This document shows, one piece after another, positions 11,704 through 22,755 of a DNA stretch of 64,000 nt. A program made the position numbers and the translations under genes. Every line of letters begins with the position of its first letter. Position 1 is the first letter of the stretch. This DNA comes from Histomonas meleagridis 2922-C6/04-290x (taxonomy: Eukaryota > Protista > Parabasalia), in assembly GCA_020184695.1 (NCBI GenBank), contig JAANOX010000099.1, positions 62,001 through 126,000 of the forward strand. The letters run 5' to 3'. The notes under the pieces were generated by a model. It searched no databases and had not been told where the DNA came from. It saw nothing but the letters and a program-made list of their open reading frames with translations.

Positions 11704-12906
11704 TCAGTAAGGGTTACCATTTTCATCGAATTCCCTCCACAACTTAATTGTTTTATCTGCCTCGCATGTAATTAATCTTGTACCAGTCATATCGAACGCG
11801 CAGTCGAAAATACCATTTTCGCAATCGAGTGATCCCGGATGTGGAATCGAAGTGACTTCTTGGAAACATTGTCCGCTTCCCCAATCCCAAAACTTTATAG
11901 TACCGTCATCGCCAGCGCTTACGAACACGTCATCTTGGTTAATTGCGAGCGCGTTTTTGATGCTTTTATGGTACTTGAACTCTTTAAATAGTTTCGATTC
12001 TTCGCCATTCCAATGGAAGATGGCGTCCTGACTTGCGGATGCAAAACTCCACTCTTTAGGATGTAACGCAAGTGCACGAACGGTCTTTTTATGGCGCGTG
12101 AGTGTGTAAAGACATTTACTGCCGTTGCGAAGGTCCCACGCGCGAATGGTTGCATCGGCGGAACTCGTAAGAACATTGGGTTGAAAGTCTTGCATCTTGA
12201 CGTCAAAGACAGTAAGGTCATGGCCCTCGAGAACAAAAACTGAGTCCCGCGTTCGAATGTCCCAGATGCGACATGTCGCATCACGCGAACCAGTGGCAAA
12301 GATATCAATGGTTGGATGGAGGGAAAGACAGTAAACGCCAGAAAGATGCCCATGGAAGTCACGGACAATGGAATTTTGATTAAGATCCCAGCAATAAACA
12401 CATTTGGCGTCGCAACAACTAAAAAGATATGGAGAGCGGTTGGAGATTTCAAGGTCTTGAATGGCACCAATATGGCCTGTAAGTGTCATACGAAGTTCTG
12501 CTTTGGCAAGATCCCAGATTTTAAGCATACGATCAATGGAACCTGTAATAAAGAATTCATTGGAAGGATCAACAGTAACAGCTTTGACCCAGGCATTATG
12601 ACCAGTAAGTGTTGTATAATTATACCATTGACGATGAGGTTTAGCAGCTGGTAGAAAGGTTTCACCATGCTCTTTACCACGCTCAGGACGAAGATCAATA
12701 ACTTGAGTAGGTTGAATAGTTTCAACTTTTTGTGGTTTTGAAACAGACGGAAGGAAATTTGAAACACGATTAGAATGAAAAGAATCTTTACCAAGACGAA
12801 TTTCACGTGTATCTGTCTTTGGAAGTTGAAATTCAGATGCTTCAAATAATAAATTTGTCTTGGCTTTATTTTTTAATATAAGTTGTTCCCAATCCATTGT
12901 GGTCAA
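11704..12906 (-). CDS. PRP46: WD40 spliceosomal NTC protein Prp46/PLRG1
   Basis: Seven WD40 repeats ([69 protein letters not shown]). C-terminus [13 protein letters not shown]...[16 protein letters not shown] is typical of PLRG1. Confidence 0.9.
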   Translation of the reverse strand: MTTMDWEQLILKNKAKTNLLFEASEFQLPKTDTREIRLGKDSFHSNRVSNFLPSVSKPQKVETIQPTQVIDLRPERGKEHGETFLPAAKPHRQWYNYTTLTGHNAWVKAVTVDPSNEFFITGSIDRMLKIWDLAKAELRMTLTGHIGAIQDLEISNRSPYLFSCCDAKCVYCWDLNQNSIVRDFHGHLSGVYCLSLHPTIDIFATGSRDATCRIWDIRTRDSVFVLEGHDLTVFDVKMQDFQPNVLTSSADATIRAWDLRNGSKCLYTLTRHKKTVRALALHPKEWSFASASQDAIFHWNGEESKLFKEFKYHKSIKNALAINQDDVFVSAGDDGTIKFWDWGSGQCFQEVTSIPHPGSLDCENGIFDCAFDMTGTRLITCEADKTIKLWREFDENGNPY

Positions 12907-13320
12907 ATTGTCACTTTTTTGGTGATATTTTTTAACAAGAAAATAAAATTATATTATTTCATTATTCGAACTAAGAGTCATAACCCAGCAATAATTCAGT
13001 TGCACGAAGACATTTTGCTGAATGTATTAATTTGATCATCAAATTATCAAATCACATTTTTTATGTTCAAATAAAATATATGCAGTTTTTAACATACACA
13101 GTGGAACCTACTTATAATCAGATAAGAAAAAGGAAACATTATGATCACATTTATTGTTACCTCCAAAAAAATATTTGAAGGCATATTGATCAAAATTAAC
13201 AGAATTATCTATCGTTTAATAATAACGAACTAACAATGAAAAAGTGAATTTCATACTCATTATTTTGATTGAAAACATATTTATGTCATTAAAATTCTAT
13301 GAATTTTTTTTTGACATAAA

Positions 13321-14055
13321 ATGATGGATAAAAACTTCATGTCATGGGATGCACATGATGTTTCAAACAATCTATCATCAAACGGGTATGATTATGCATC
13401 CGACATATTTCTTGATAATGATATAACAGGAGATCTTTTACCGATGATAAAAGAAGAACATTTGAAAGACATGGGTATTTTATCAATTGGAAAACGTCTA
13501 CTTCTACTACAGTATATACAAAATTTAACAAATCAATCAACACAGAAACCAAAATTCTCCCAAATTGAACAATCTCCAGCAAGAAGTCGCCCCACTCCAT
13601 TAGAGCAAACTACACCAAGAAATCGCTCAAGCCAAGAGCAATCCACCACAAAAGCTCGTTCCGCTCAGCTAGAACAATCAACACCTCGAAGTCGTTCAAG
13701 TCAACAAGAACAATCATTTGATAGAACAAAATCAGTTTCATCACGATCATCAACAAAACGTGTGCAAACAGCTTCAAGCCAAAAATCTACAGATGATGTA
13801 CCAAAATGGCAAAAAGATCATGACAAAATGGTTGAAAGCATTAGAGCTGCTCGTAAGTACGCAGCATACCAAAAAGCAGTTGAAGAAGGAAGAAATGTTG
13901 GGCCACCACCAGAATTACCACCAATCGAAGAACCACCAGGATTGGTTGCATGTCCACATTGTGGTCGTAAAATGAGTGAAGATGCTCTTAAGCATCATGT
14001 AACAGGTTGCGAGAGAATGAATAGTCGAAAAAACGCAACAAGAAGAGGTCGTTAA
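13321..14055 (+). CDS. SAM-domain protein with C-terminal C2HC zinc finger
   Basis: N-terminal SAM (W...DV...F.DNDITGDLLP.I.EEHLKDMGI.SIGKRL) and C-terminal CPHCGRKMSEDALKHHVTGC. Confidence 0.8.
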   Translation: MMDKNFMSWDAHDVSNNLSSNGYDYASDIFLDNDITGDLLPMIKEEHLKDMGILSIGKRLLLLQYIQNLTNQSTQKPKFSQIEQSPARSRPTPLEQTTPRNRSSQEQSTTKARSAQLEQSTPRSRSSQQEQSFDRTKSVSSRSSTKRVQTASSQKSTDDVPKWQKDHDKMVESIRAARKYAAYQKAVEEGRNVGPPPELPPIEEPPGLVACPHCGRKMSEDALKHHVTGCERMNSRKNATRRGR

Positions 14056-14102
14056 TATATCCGTAAAAAATATTATTTATTATTCATTGTTAATTAACAT
14101 CA

Positions 14103-15278
14103 TTAATCCATCATTGATTCAGCTTCAAACAATATTTGATCAATTTCTGGTGTATTTAATGATTCTTTTCTTCTTTCTTTAATTATAATTTCTTTATTGT
14201 TTTGATTTGGAGAAAACCGTTTCTGTATAGCGGTTTTGACAATGTTACGATACGTATCGTCCACGTCACTTTTCGTTTGGGAATGTGTCACTTTTGAATG
14301 CGAAATCTTTGGATGGAAACTACATTCCTCCATTTCTTGCATTTCTATGAACTGCTTATGTAATTGACTTGCCTCATATCGATTTTTCATAAGCTGAACA
14401 GATTGTTTAAATAGCTCACATGATCGATCTCTATTATTATCGTATTTTTTCTGTTTATTTTTTTTCTTTGGTGTTTCATCGATTTGATTTTCTTTTCTTT
14501 TTTTCATTAATTCGACAGATTCATCTGCAAGTCTATTTATCACAGAATAATCAGCATATTTCTTTGGTTTAAGTTCATCTTCGTCATTATCATCTGAAAT
14601 TTGTTTCTTTGGAGTTGATAATCTTCGAAATGTTTTCGTAAGTTCTTCTTCGGAATATCTATGTGATTTCTTCCTTTCGATTATCGGTGGCTGATATACT
14701 TCTGTTGAATATAAACTATGCTTTTTAGTGGAATGGGAAATAATCTTCTCTGAAACTTTGTTTATGTATTTTTTTTGTTTTTGTGGTTGCGCTGAATGAG
14801 CTTGCTTTGTCTCCCTTTGTGGAATTGATTTGGTTGGAGTTTGATACTGTGATACAATAACTGGCTTAAATGTACATTCTTTCTTGAATTTTTCCTCTTG
14901 TTCTTCTTTAGACTTCTGAATGAAATCATTTCGTTTACTTTGTGTTTCTTGAATTCTTTGTGAAAGTGGCTTGTAGTTTAAAATTTTAATTTTGTTCTGA
15001 GGTGGCTTATTTATTAGATTGTTTAAGCCATCACTTTCTGTAGAACTATTATTAGATAATGAATTATCGTCAGCATTAATATGTTTACTTGCTTTTTTAC
15101 TAATTTTATTTTTTGGTGGTTGACGTTTCTCTTTTGTTGGATTTTTATTTGATACAGTTTCTAATTGATCTAGATTATTATCTAATTCTTGTGATATGTT
15201 CTGAATCTCTTTGTCCAAATTTGTAATATCTTTAGATACTTTGTCGATCCTTGGGGAATTTATTTGCTTGGATTCCAT
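14103..15278 (-). CDS. Hypothetical basic/coiled-coil protein with two ECxFxP motifs
   Basis: 391-aa ORF with ECTFKPVI and ECSFHPKI. No recognisable catalytic domain. Confidence 0.65.
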   Translation of the reverse strand: MESKQINSPRIDKVSKDITNLDKEIQNISQELDNNLDQLETVSNKNPTKEKRQPPKNKISKKASKHINADDNSLSNNSSTESDGLNNLINKPPQNKIKILNYKPLSQRIQETQSKRNDFIQKSKEEQEEKFKKECTFKPVIVSQYQTPTKSIPQRETKQAHSAQPQKQKKYINKVSEKIISHSTKKHSLYSTEVYQPPIIERKKSHRYSEEELTKTFRRLSTPKKQISDDNDEDELKPKKYADYSVINRLADESVELMKKRKENQIDETPKKKNKQKKYDNNRDRSCELFKQSVQLMKNRYEASQLHKQFIEMQEMEECSFHPKISHSKVTHSQTKSDVDDTYRNIVKTAIQKRFSPNQNNKEIIIKERRKESLNTPEIDQILFEAESMMD

Positions 15279-15369
15279 CGTAGGATCTTTTGTTGGGAAT
15301 TTTATTTAACGTTCTCAAAATTTTAAACGGTTTCTTTTAAGATTTAACTGATTTTTGTGGTCGAGTGCA

Positions 15370-18300
15370 ATGAGAAAAATTCCTCTTCTTACAAATAAAG
15401 AAAAAATTGATTGGGGGTTTAAACAGCTTCCTTTAAAGTCAGGTACAGATGATTTGGAAGGAATTAATGAACCAGAAATTCTACCACACGATTTTAAAAA
15501 GAATTTCACAAATAAAAATAAATCCGAAGTTAAAGATACAGAAATCAATTCGGTGCCAACAACAAAAGAAAAAACAGAAACATCAGGTTTCAAATTCATT
15601 AATCAGACAATTTCTTCAAGTGAAAAGAAAGAAACATCATCAGCACCAGTATCAGAATTTAAATTTGGAGGCCAAACAATTTTTTCAAGTGAAAAGAAAG
15701 AAACATCAGCAGCACCAGTTTCAGAATTTAAATTTGGAGGCCAAACAATTTCTTCAGCAACAGAAAAGAAAGAAGCATCAGCAGCACCAGTTTCAGAATT
15801 TAAATTTGGTAGTCAAACAATTTCTTCAGCAACAGAAAAGAAAGAAACATCAGCAGCACCAGTATCAGAATTTAAATTCGGAGGCCAAACAATATCTTCA
15901 AGTGAAAAGAAAGAAGCATCAGCAACATCAGCAGCACCAGTATCAGAATTTAAATTCGGAGGCCAAACAATATCTTCAAGTGAAAAGAAAGAAGCATCAG
16001 CAACATCAGCAGCACCAGTATCAGAATTTAAATTTGGTAGTCAAACAATTTCTTCAGCAACAGAAAAGAAAGAAACATCAGCAGCACCAGTATCAGAATT
16101 TAAATTCGGAGGCCAAACAATATCTTCAAGTGAAAAGAAAGAAGCATCAGCAACATCAGCAGCACCAGTATCAGAATTTAAATTTGGTAGTCAAACAACT
16201 TCTTCAGCTACTGAAAAGAAAGAAGCATCAGCAGCACCAGGTCTTGTATTTCTAAATAAAACAACAGAAGTTAAAGCAGAAACAAGCGAAAAGAAAGATG
16301 CATCGTTTTCAGGATTTACATTTGGAAACACACCAATAGAAACAAATGAAAAGAAAGACACAACATTTTCAGGGTTTACATTTTTAAATCAAACAGCAGA
16401 AACAAAACCTGTAACAAATGAGAAGAAAGACGCAACATCCACTGGATTTACATTTGGAAACAAACCAATAGAAACAAATGAAAAGAAAGACACAACAACT
16501 TCAAGTTTCACATTTGGAAACAAACCAATAGAAACAAATGAGAAGAAGGATGCAACATCCACTGGATTTACATTTGGAAACAAGCCAATAGAAACAAATG
16601 AGAAGAAGGATGCGACATTTTCAGGATTTACATTTGGAAACAAGCCAATAGAAACAAATGAAAAGAAGGATACAACATCCACTGGATTTACATTTGGAAA
16701 CAAGCCAATAGAAACAAATGAGAAGAAGGATACAACATCCACTGGATTTACATTTGGAAACAAGCCAATAGAAACAAATGAAAAGAAAGACACAACAACT
16801 TCAAGTTTCACATTTGGGAACAAACCAATAGAAACAAATGAAAAGAAGGATACAACATCCACTGGATTTACATTTGGAAACAAGCCAATAGAAACAAATG
16901 AGAAGAAGGATACAACATCCACTGGATTTACATTTGGAAACAAGCCAATAGAAACAAATGAAAAGAAAGACACAACAACTTCAAGTTTCACATTTGGGAA
17001 CAAACCAATAGAAACAAATGAAAAGAAAGACACAACAACTTCAAGTTTCACATTTGGAAACAAGCCAATAGAAACAAATGAAAAGAAAGACACAACAACT
17101 TCAAGTTTCACATTTGGGAACAAACCAATAGAAACAAATGAAAAGAAGGATACAACATCCACTGGATTTACATTTGGAAACAAGCCAATAGAAACAAATG
17201 AAAAGAAGGATACAACATCCACTGGATTTACATTTGGAAACAAGCCAATAGAAACAAATGAAAAGAAGGATACAACAACTTCAAGTTTCACATTTGGAAA
17301 CAAGCCAATAGAAACAAATGAAAAGAAAGACACAACAACTTCAAGCTTCACATTTGGAAACAAACCAATAGAAACAAATGAAAAGAAAGACACAACAACT
17401 TCAAGTTTCACATTTGGGAACAAACCAATAGAAACAAATGAAAAGAAGGATACAACATCCACTGGATTTACATTTGGAAACAAGCCAATAGAAACAAATG
17501 AAAAGAAGGATGCGACATTTTCAGGATTTACATTTGGAAACAAGCCAATAGAAACAAATGAAAAGAAGGATACAACATCCACTGGATTTACATTTGGAAA
17601 CAAGCCAATAGAAACAAATGAAAAGAAAGACACAACAACTTCAAGTTTCACATTTGGAAACAAGCCAATAGAAACAAATGAAAAGAAAGACACAACAACT
17701 TCAAGTTTCACATTTGGAAACAAGCCAATAGAAACAAATGAAAAGAAAGACACAACAACTTCAAGCTTCACATTTGGAAACAAACCAATAGAAACAAATG
17801 AAAAGAAAGACACAACAACTTCAAGTTTCACATTTGGGAACAAACCAATAGAAACAAATGAAAAGAAGGATACAACATCCACTGGATTTACATTTGGAAA
17901 CAAGCCAATAGAAACAAATGAAAAGAAGGATACAACATCCACTGGATTTACATTTGGAAACAAGCCAATAGAAACAAATGAAAAGAAGGATGCGACATTT
18001 TCAGGATTTACATTTGGAAACAAGCCAATAGAAACAAATGAAAAGAAGGATGCGACATTTTCAGGATTTACATTTGGAAACAAGCCAATAGAAACAAATG
18101 AAAAGAAGGATACAACATCCACTGGATTTACATTTGGAAACAAGCCAATAGAAACAAATGAGAAGAAGGATACAACATCCACTGGATTTACATTTGGAAA
18201 CAAGCCAATAGAAACAAATGAAAAGAAAGACACAACAACTTCAAGTTTCACATTTGGGAACAAACCAATAGAAACAAATGAAAAGAAGGATACAACATCC

Positions 18301-18828
18301 ACTGGATTTACATTTGGAAACAAGCCAATAGAAACAAATGAAAAGAAGGATACAACATCCACTGGATTTACATTTGGAAACAAGCCAATAGAAACAAATG
18401 AAAAGAAGGATACAACATCCACTGGATTTACATTTGGAAACAAGCCAATAGAAACAAATGAAAAGAAGGATACAACATCCACTGGATTTACATTTGGGAA
18501 CAAACCAATAGAAACAAATGAAAAGAAGGATACAACATCCACTGGATTTACATTTGGAAACAAGCCAATAGAAACAAATGAAAAGAAGGATACAACATCC
18601 ACTGGATTTACATTTGGAAACAAGCCAATAGAAACAAATGAAAAGAAGGATACAACATCCACTGGATTTACATTTGGAAACAAGCCAATAGAAACAAATG
18701 AAAAGAAGGATACAACAACTTCAAGTTTCACATTTGGGAACAAACCAATAGAAACAAATGAGAAGAAGGATGCAACATCTTCAAGTTTTACATTTGGAAA
18801 CAAACCAATCTATTTGAATGGTAAATGA
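15370..18828 (+). CDS. FxFG-repeat nucleoporin-like protein, almost entirely repeats
   Basis: ATG at 15370 and a short unique N-terminus. Then EFKFGGQTISS repeats (15600-16250), then about 40 copies of FTFGNKPIETNEKKD(TTSTG/TTTSS/ATFSG). Confidence 0.75.
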   Translation: MRKIPLLTNKEKIDWGFKQLPLKSGTDDLEGINEPEILPHDFKKNFTNKNKSEVKDTEINSVPTTKEKTETSGFKFINQTISSSEKKETSSAPVSEFKFGGQTIFSSEKKETSAAPVSEFKFGGQTISSATEKKEASAAPVSEFKFGSQTISSATEKKETSAAPVSEFKFGGQTISSSEKKEASATSAAPVSEFKFGGQTISSSEKKEASATSAAPVSEFKFGSQTISSATEKKETSAAPVSEFKFGGQTISSSEKKEASATSAAPVSEFKFGSQTTSSATEKKEASAAPGLVFLNKTTEVKAETSEKKDASFSGFTFGNTPIETNEKKDTTFSGFTFLNQTAETKPVTNEKKDATSTGFTFGNKPIETNEKKDTTTSSFTFGNKPIETNEKKDATSTGFTFGNKPIETNEKKDATFSGFTFGNKPIETNEKKDTTSTGFTFGNKPIETNEKKDTTSTGFTFGNKPIETNEKKDTTTSSFTFGNKPIETNEKKDTTSTGFTFGNKPIETNEKKDTTSTGFTFGNKPIETNEKKDTTTSSFTFGNKPIETNEKKDTTTSSFTFGNKPIETNEKKDTTTSSFTFGNKPIETNEKKDTTSTGFTFGNKPIETNEKKDTTSTGFTFGNKPIETNEKKDTTTSSFTFGNKPIETNEKKDTTTSSFTFGNKPIETNEKKDTTTSSFTFGNKPIETNEKKDTTSTGFTFGNKPIETNEKKDATFSGFTFGNKPIETNEKKDTTSTGFTFGNKPIETNEKKDTTTSSFTFGNKPIETNEKKDTTTSSFTFGNKPIETNEKKDTTTSSFTFGNKPIETNEKKDTTTSSFTFGNKPIETNEKKDTTSTGFTFGNKPIETNEKKDTTSTGFTFGNKPIETNEKKDATFSGFTFGNKPIETNEKKDATFSGFTFGNKPIETNEKKDTTSTGFTFGNKPIETNEKKDTTSTGFTFGNKPIETNEKKDTTTSSFTFGNKPIETNEKKDTTSTGFTFGNKPIETNEKKDTTSTGFTFGNKPIETNEKKDTTSTGFTFGNKPIETNEKKDTTSTGFTFGNKPIETNEKKDTTSTGFTFGNKPIETNEKKDTTSTGFTFGNKPIETNEKKDTTSTGFTFGNKPIETNEKKDTTTSSFTFGNKPIETNEKKDATSSSFTFGNKPIYLNGK
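16430..18810 (+). repeat. 60-bp coding tandem array, about 40 units, three main unit variants
   Basis: Successive 60-nt lines of the sequence are near-identical from 16441 to 18781. Confidence 0.97.
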
Positions 18829-19021
18829 ATAACAGAACAATTTTTGCAGATAATTTTTCGAATTCATAAAAAAAATTACAACTTTTTTGTTAAAATGTTT
18901 TTTTACAACAATGTGTCATGCTCATTCATTCTGTTTTCTTTCAGAGGTGTTTGACCATTTTGAACTATAAAAATTTTAAGTAAACCTATGAAAAAGTGTG
19001 AAATTCTCTCCAAACTTGTGT

Positions 19022-22000
19022 ATGGATTTTGGTGATTTCAGAAACTATTCTATTGAAGCATACAATAACATTATCCAACAAATAAGAGGAAATGAGAGCA
19101 GTCAAATAGAAGGTTTAACAACTCTTTCAACAACTTTAACTTATGGTGATAGAGAACTTCTTTCATCATTTCCAATTGAAATCATCTGTGCCGAAATTGT
19201 TCGTATCCTTTCTACCACAGATAATGAGGTTATTGGGAATTTAGCTTCTTCTTGTATATATGCTGTTTTGGAAGCACATCATCGTTCTACAGCAAATCTT
19301 ATGCAAGCCAATGTTCTCCAAGTTCTTAAAGATAAGCTTACCGATATCCAATGGCATGAAACTGCCGAAAATTGCATTTTAGCGCTTGATATTATTTCCA
19401 AATTTCGAGCGCCCGAAGTAGGTATGCAAATTGGAATTGGCCCATTACTTGACAACATCGGTGCTTTTTCATTGCCCACACAACGTAAAGCCATTGAAGC
19501 GTCATTACGAATTACAAATACTTTTGTTTCTGATGAATTTTCCAAGTATATTGAGCCATTAATCACGATATCTGAAACGACCAACAACACCGCCATGAAG
19601 GATAGTGCCATTAAGGTAATTAACAACATTGGCTCTCATGTCTCTCCAGGATCGATTGATGAAAAAGTCATTAGCAGTTTATGTAAAAGCACCAAATTCT
19701 TAACCACGTTAATTAATTTATCCACAAAAGAACAATTTTCTGAAAAAATCATATCATCCAATGTTGACTTCGAATCATTATTTAACGAATCGAAAACATT
19801 CGAAGCACAAGAACGAGTCTTAAAGTTTGCACTCAACATGTTACCATTAATAACCAATGTTTCATCATATGATTTTCCAAGACATAAACGACCAAAGAAC
19901 TCAACCACATTTGCGAATACTATTCAGCCAATATTAATCAAAGTTTTATTAGAAAACCCATTGTGTCCTCGGTATTTGTTAATGTGCATTGCTTCGACTT
20001 TAAAGGTAAAAAAATTCGAATTAACAGACGAAATAATTTCCGCGTTAAAAGGGTTCTGTGAACGTGAAAGTCATTTTGTTTTAATGATATTATTACATTA
20101 TGATAAAGATCCATTAGTTTATGAGTCATTAATTTTGGATGACTTAAGGAATACAGAATGCAATTCAAGAGATAAATCTTGGTACACAAAAAATTTTAAC
20201 AAATTAAAAAATACTGAAAAGTCATACTCAAGTAAATCAACAAATGATTTCGCAAATATGGGTACAGATGAAATTATAGAAGCTATAAAAAAAGGAGAAA
20301 TTTCAAAATTCAAACTTTACAATAACTGCACTGAAATTTTCAATGAAAACTTCGATTTTGAACACTTGAACGATGAACAGATTCAAATTTTGGCTCAATT
20401 TCTTAACGATTTCTTATCGTTCGTGCCGATACCTTCAAAAAGAAATGCAGACATTGATAACTTTGTTGACAAGTTTACGCGCAACACATTTGTTACATTT
20501 AAAATCCCAAATGGTGATACAATCCAAAGATCAGTAAAGTTGTGTCAATCAATTTCTACCATTGAAGGGTTATATAATTTAAAAGTTAATGATGAAGGAG
20601 TTGAAAATTTACTTAATGCAATTCAAAATAATATACAAATGCAACATTTTATAACAATGGAAGATTACCGAAACCTAACAGTAACACAATTATCAATATT
20701 GGATCGAGCATTTAATGAGAATTATCAAAAAATTTACGTAAAAGAACAAAACGGTTTATTTTACACAGTGAATTCACCTTTGCTCAGAATTGGAACATTC
20801 AAAGAAATTGAGAACGAGGTTGGATTCACCCAATATTTGATAGTACTAAAAGAAGAAGATGAAAATTTTAGACCACCACAAACAATGATTCAACAAAGTG
20901 TTTTGTATCCATCACAATTACAAAACATATTAAACCTATTACAAAAACTTTCTCAAAAAATTCGACTTCCAGAAAATATCCACTTTTCGCGTAAAGTTCA
21001 TGATTTGTTATTTAATCCTTTTGAAATATTTCTGAACAAATCGTTAGGTTTGGATATAATCTATTCAAATCCATATTTATTCCCATTCAAAATCCGACTT
21101 TTTGCATTCAAATTATTGACTTTAGAACCGAAAAATGCATTCAAAAAGTTACTTAAAGAATTCAATATCGATCATAAACTATTTAATTTACCTTCAACAG
21201 AACAATTAAAGATACATGTAAGTCGAGACTCATTATTTACAGACGGGTGTAGGCTCTTCGAAAGATTTAGTCAAAATTTATCTAAACTTGAAGTAATTTT
21301 TAATGATGAGCCAGGAATTGGGTTAGGTCCTACACGTGAATTTTTCACTTTGTTTTCACATGAGCTTTGTAAGACAGAACGAAGGTTATTCAGAAGTGAC
21401 ACGAATGAGCCGGGAATGGCATCGTGCAAGAGCGGAATGTTCTTTTCACCGCTCATGCCGATAAAAGCCGCTAAAATCTTTGGCACTTTTTTGGCAAAAT
21501 CAATTCAAACAGAGTACTTAATTGACATCAACATTAATCCTTGCTTGTTTAAATTTATTAGAGGCGAGAATGTAAATGTAGAAGATGTTGACCCTATGCT
21601 GGCTCAGTCTTTATCTCGTCCTGAGGGTTTAGTCGGTTTAACATTTATTTATCCAGGATTAGAATTTCCATTAATAGAAGGAGGTGAAGACATAATTGTC
21701 GAAGAAAGTAACCTTAACGAGTTTGTTTCACTGATTAGGGATTATACTTGCGGTGACAAATTAAATGATCTTCGAGATGCATTTTTAGAAGGATTTTCGG
21801 AAATATTCCCATTCGAATATTTGAAGATCTTTGATGAAAATGAAATATGTAAAATATTAAGAGGCGATAATTCCAAATTCACATATGAAGATTTAGAACA
21901 GAATGTTGATGTTCTTCATGGATATCAAAAGAACTCACCACAGATTAGAATGTTGTTCGAAATAATGGTTGAAATGACAGAAGAAGAACAACGTTTGCTT

Positions 22001-22240
22001 ATTCAATTTATTACGGGATATTCACAATTACCAATTGGAGGGCTTGCAGCACTTGAACCGAAGTTAACCATTGCGAAGAGGTCATTTGATGATGAAAAAA
22101 TCGATCCAAATGCGCAATTACCATCTGTGATGACATGTACAAATTACTTTAAAGTCCCGTCATATACAACCAAGGAAATAATGAAGGAAAAGATTATGCT
22201 GGCAATACACGAGGGGTTAAACTCCTTCCAATTATCATAA
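19022..22240 (+). CDS. HECT E3 ubiquitin ligase, UFD4/TRIP12/UPL3 type (N-terminal ARM, C-terminal HECT)
   Basis: Motifs LEVIFNDEPGIGLGPTREFF, IQFITGYSQLPIGGLAALEPKLTI, and LPSVMTCTNYFKVPSY with the catalytic Cys. First ATG in frame is at 19022. Confidence 0.93.
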   Translation: MDFGDFRNYSIEAYNNIIQQIRGNESSQIEGLTTLSTTLTYGDRELLSSFPIEIICAEIVRILSTTDNEVIGNLASSCIYAVLEAHHRSTANLMQANVLQVLKDKLTDIQWHETAENCILALDIISKFRAPEVGMQIGIGPLLDNIGAFSLPTQRKAIEASLRITNTFVSDEFSKYIEPLITISETTNNTAMKDSAIKVINNIGSHVSPGSIDEKVISSLCKSTKFLTTLINLSTKEQFSEKIISSNVDFESLFNESKTFEAQERVLKFALNMLPLITNVSSYDFPRHKRPKNSTTFANTIQPILIKVLLENPLCPRYLLMCIASTLKVKKFELTDEIISALKGFCERESHFVLMILLHYDKDPLVYESLILDDLRNTECNSRDKSWYTKNFNKLKNTEKSYSSKSTNDFANMGTDEIIEAIKKGEISKFKLYNNCTEIFNENFDFEHLNDEQIQILAQFLNDFLSFVPIPSKRNADIDNFVDKFTRNTFVTFKIPNGDTIQRSVKLCQSISTIEGLYNLKVNDEGVENLLNAIQNNIQMQHFITMEDYRNLTVTQLSILDRAFNENYQKIYVKEQNGLFYTVNSPLLRIGTFKEIENEVGFTQYLIVLKEEDENFRPPQTMIQQSVLYPSQLQNILNLLQKLSQKIRLPENIHFSRKVHDLLFNPFEIFLNKSLGLDIIYSNPYLFPFKIRLFAFKLLTLEPKNAFKKLLKEFNIDHKLFNLPSTEQLKIHVSRDSLFTDGCRLFERFSQNLSKLEVIFNDEPGIGLGPTREFFTLFSHELCKTERRLFRSDTNEPGMASCKSGMFFSPLMPIKAAKIFGTFLAKSIQTEYLIDININPCLFKFIRGENVNVEDVDPMLAQSLSRPEGLVGLTFIYPGLEFPLIEGGEDIIVEESNLNEFVSLIRDYTCGDKLNDLRDAFLEGFSEIFPFEYLKIFDENEICKILRGDNSKFTYEDLEQNVDVLHGYQKNSPQIRMLFEIMVEMTEEEQRLLIQFITGYSQLPIGGLAALEPKLTIAKRSFDDEKIDPNAQLPSVMTCTNYFKVPSYTTKEIMKEKIMLAIHEGLNSFQLS

Positions 22241-22755
22241 TAAACGTTAATAGATATACAAATGTAAAACTTTATCACAGGCGGTTATGTGAAGTGTTGT
22301 GATTCAAAAAATTGAATGAATATATCGTTTTGGATTCAATTGAATGTCAAATTTCAATTTGTTGGTGTGCAAAATTTGTTTCAATTGCTGCTTTTGTTCT
22401 ATGAAATGGAAGTAGAAAATATGATTTTTGAAATAAAGAATTCATTTTTTCCTGATATATATCAAATTATTAATTACCAATCATTTTTTGATAATCATAT
22501 TGATTTGCACAATTCATTTTGACACAGGCAGAAAAAAAAATACCTGTATTATGATATCATTTTATCCTAACGATATTTTAAATATAATTAGTTTTGAAAG
22601 CACTAATATCAAGATGATTTTTCTTTATCGACAAAAAAAAATTTTTTTCTGTCAAGAAAGTCAGCAAAAACGAGGATTTTGATATAATTTAACAGAAATT
22701 TTCAAAACACAACTCAATTATTTATCATAGATCCTCAAAACTTGCCCACAATTTA

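Noticed and set aside
16389-18803. 804-aa antisense ORF and the overlapping 15449-16255 ORF
   Set aside because: By-products of the tandem repeat: a stop-free unit stays open in other frames. The FxFG frame has the plausible start and the known motif.
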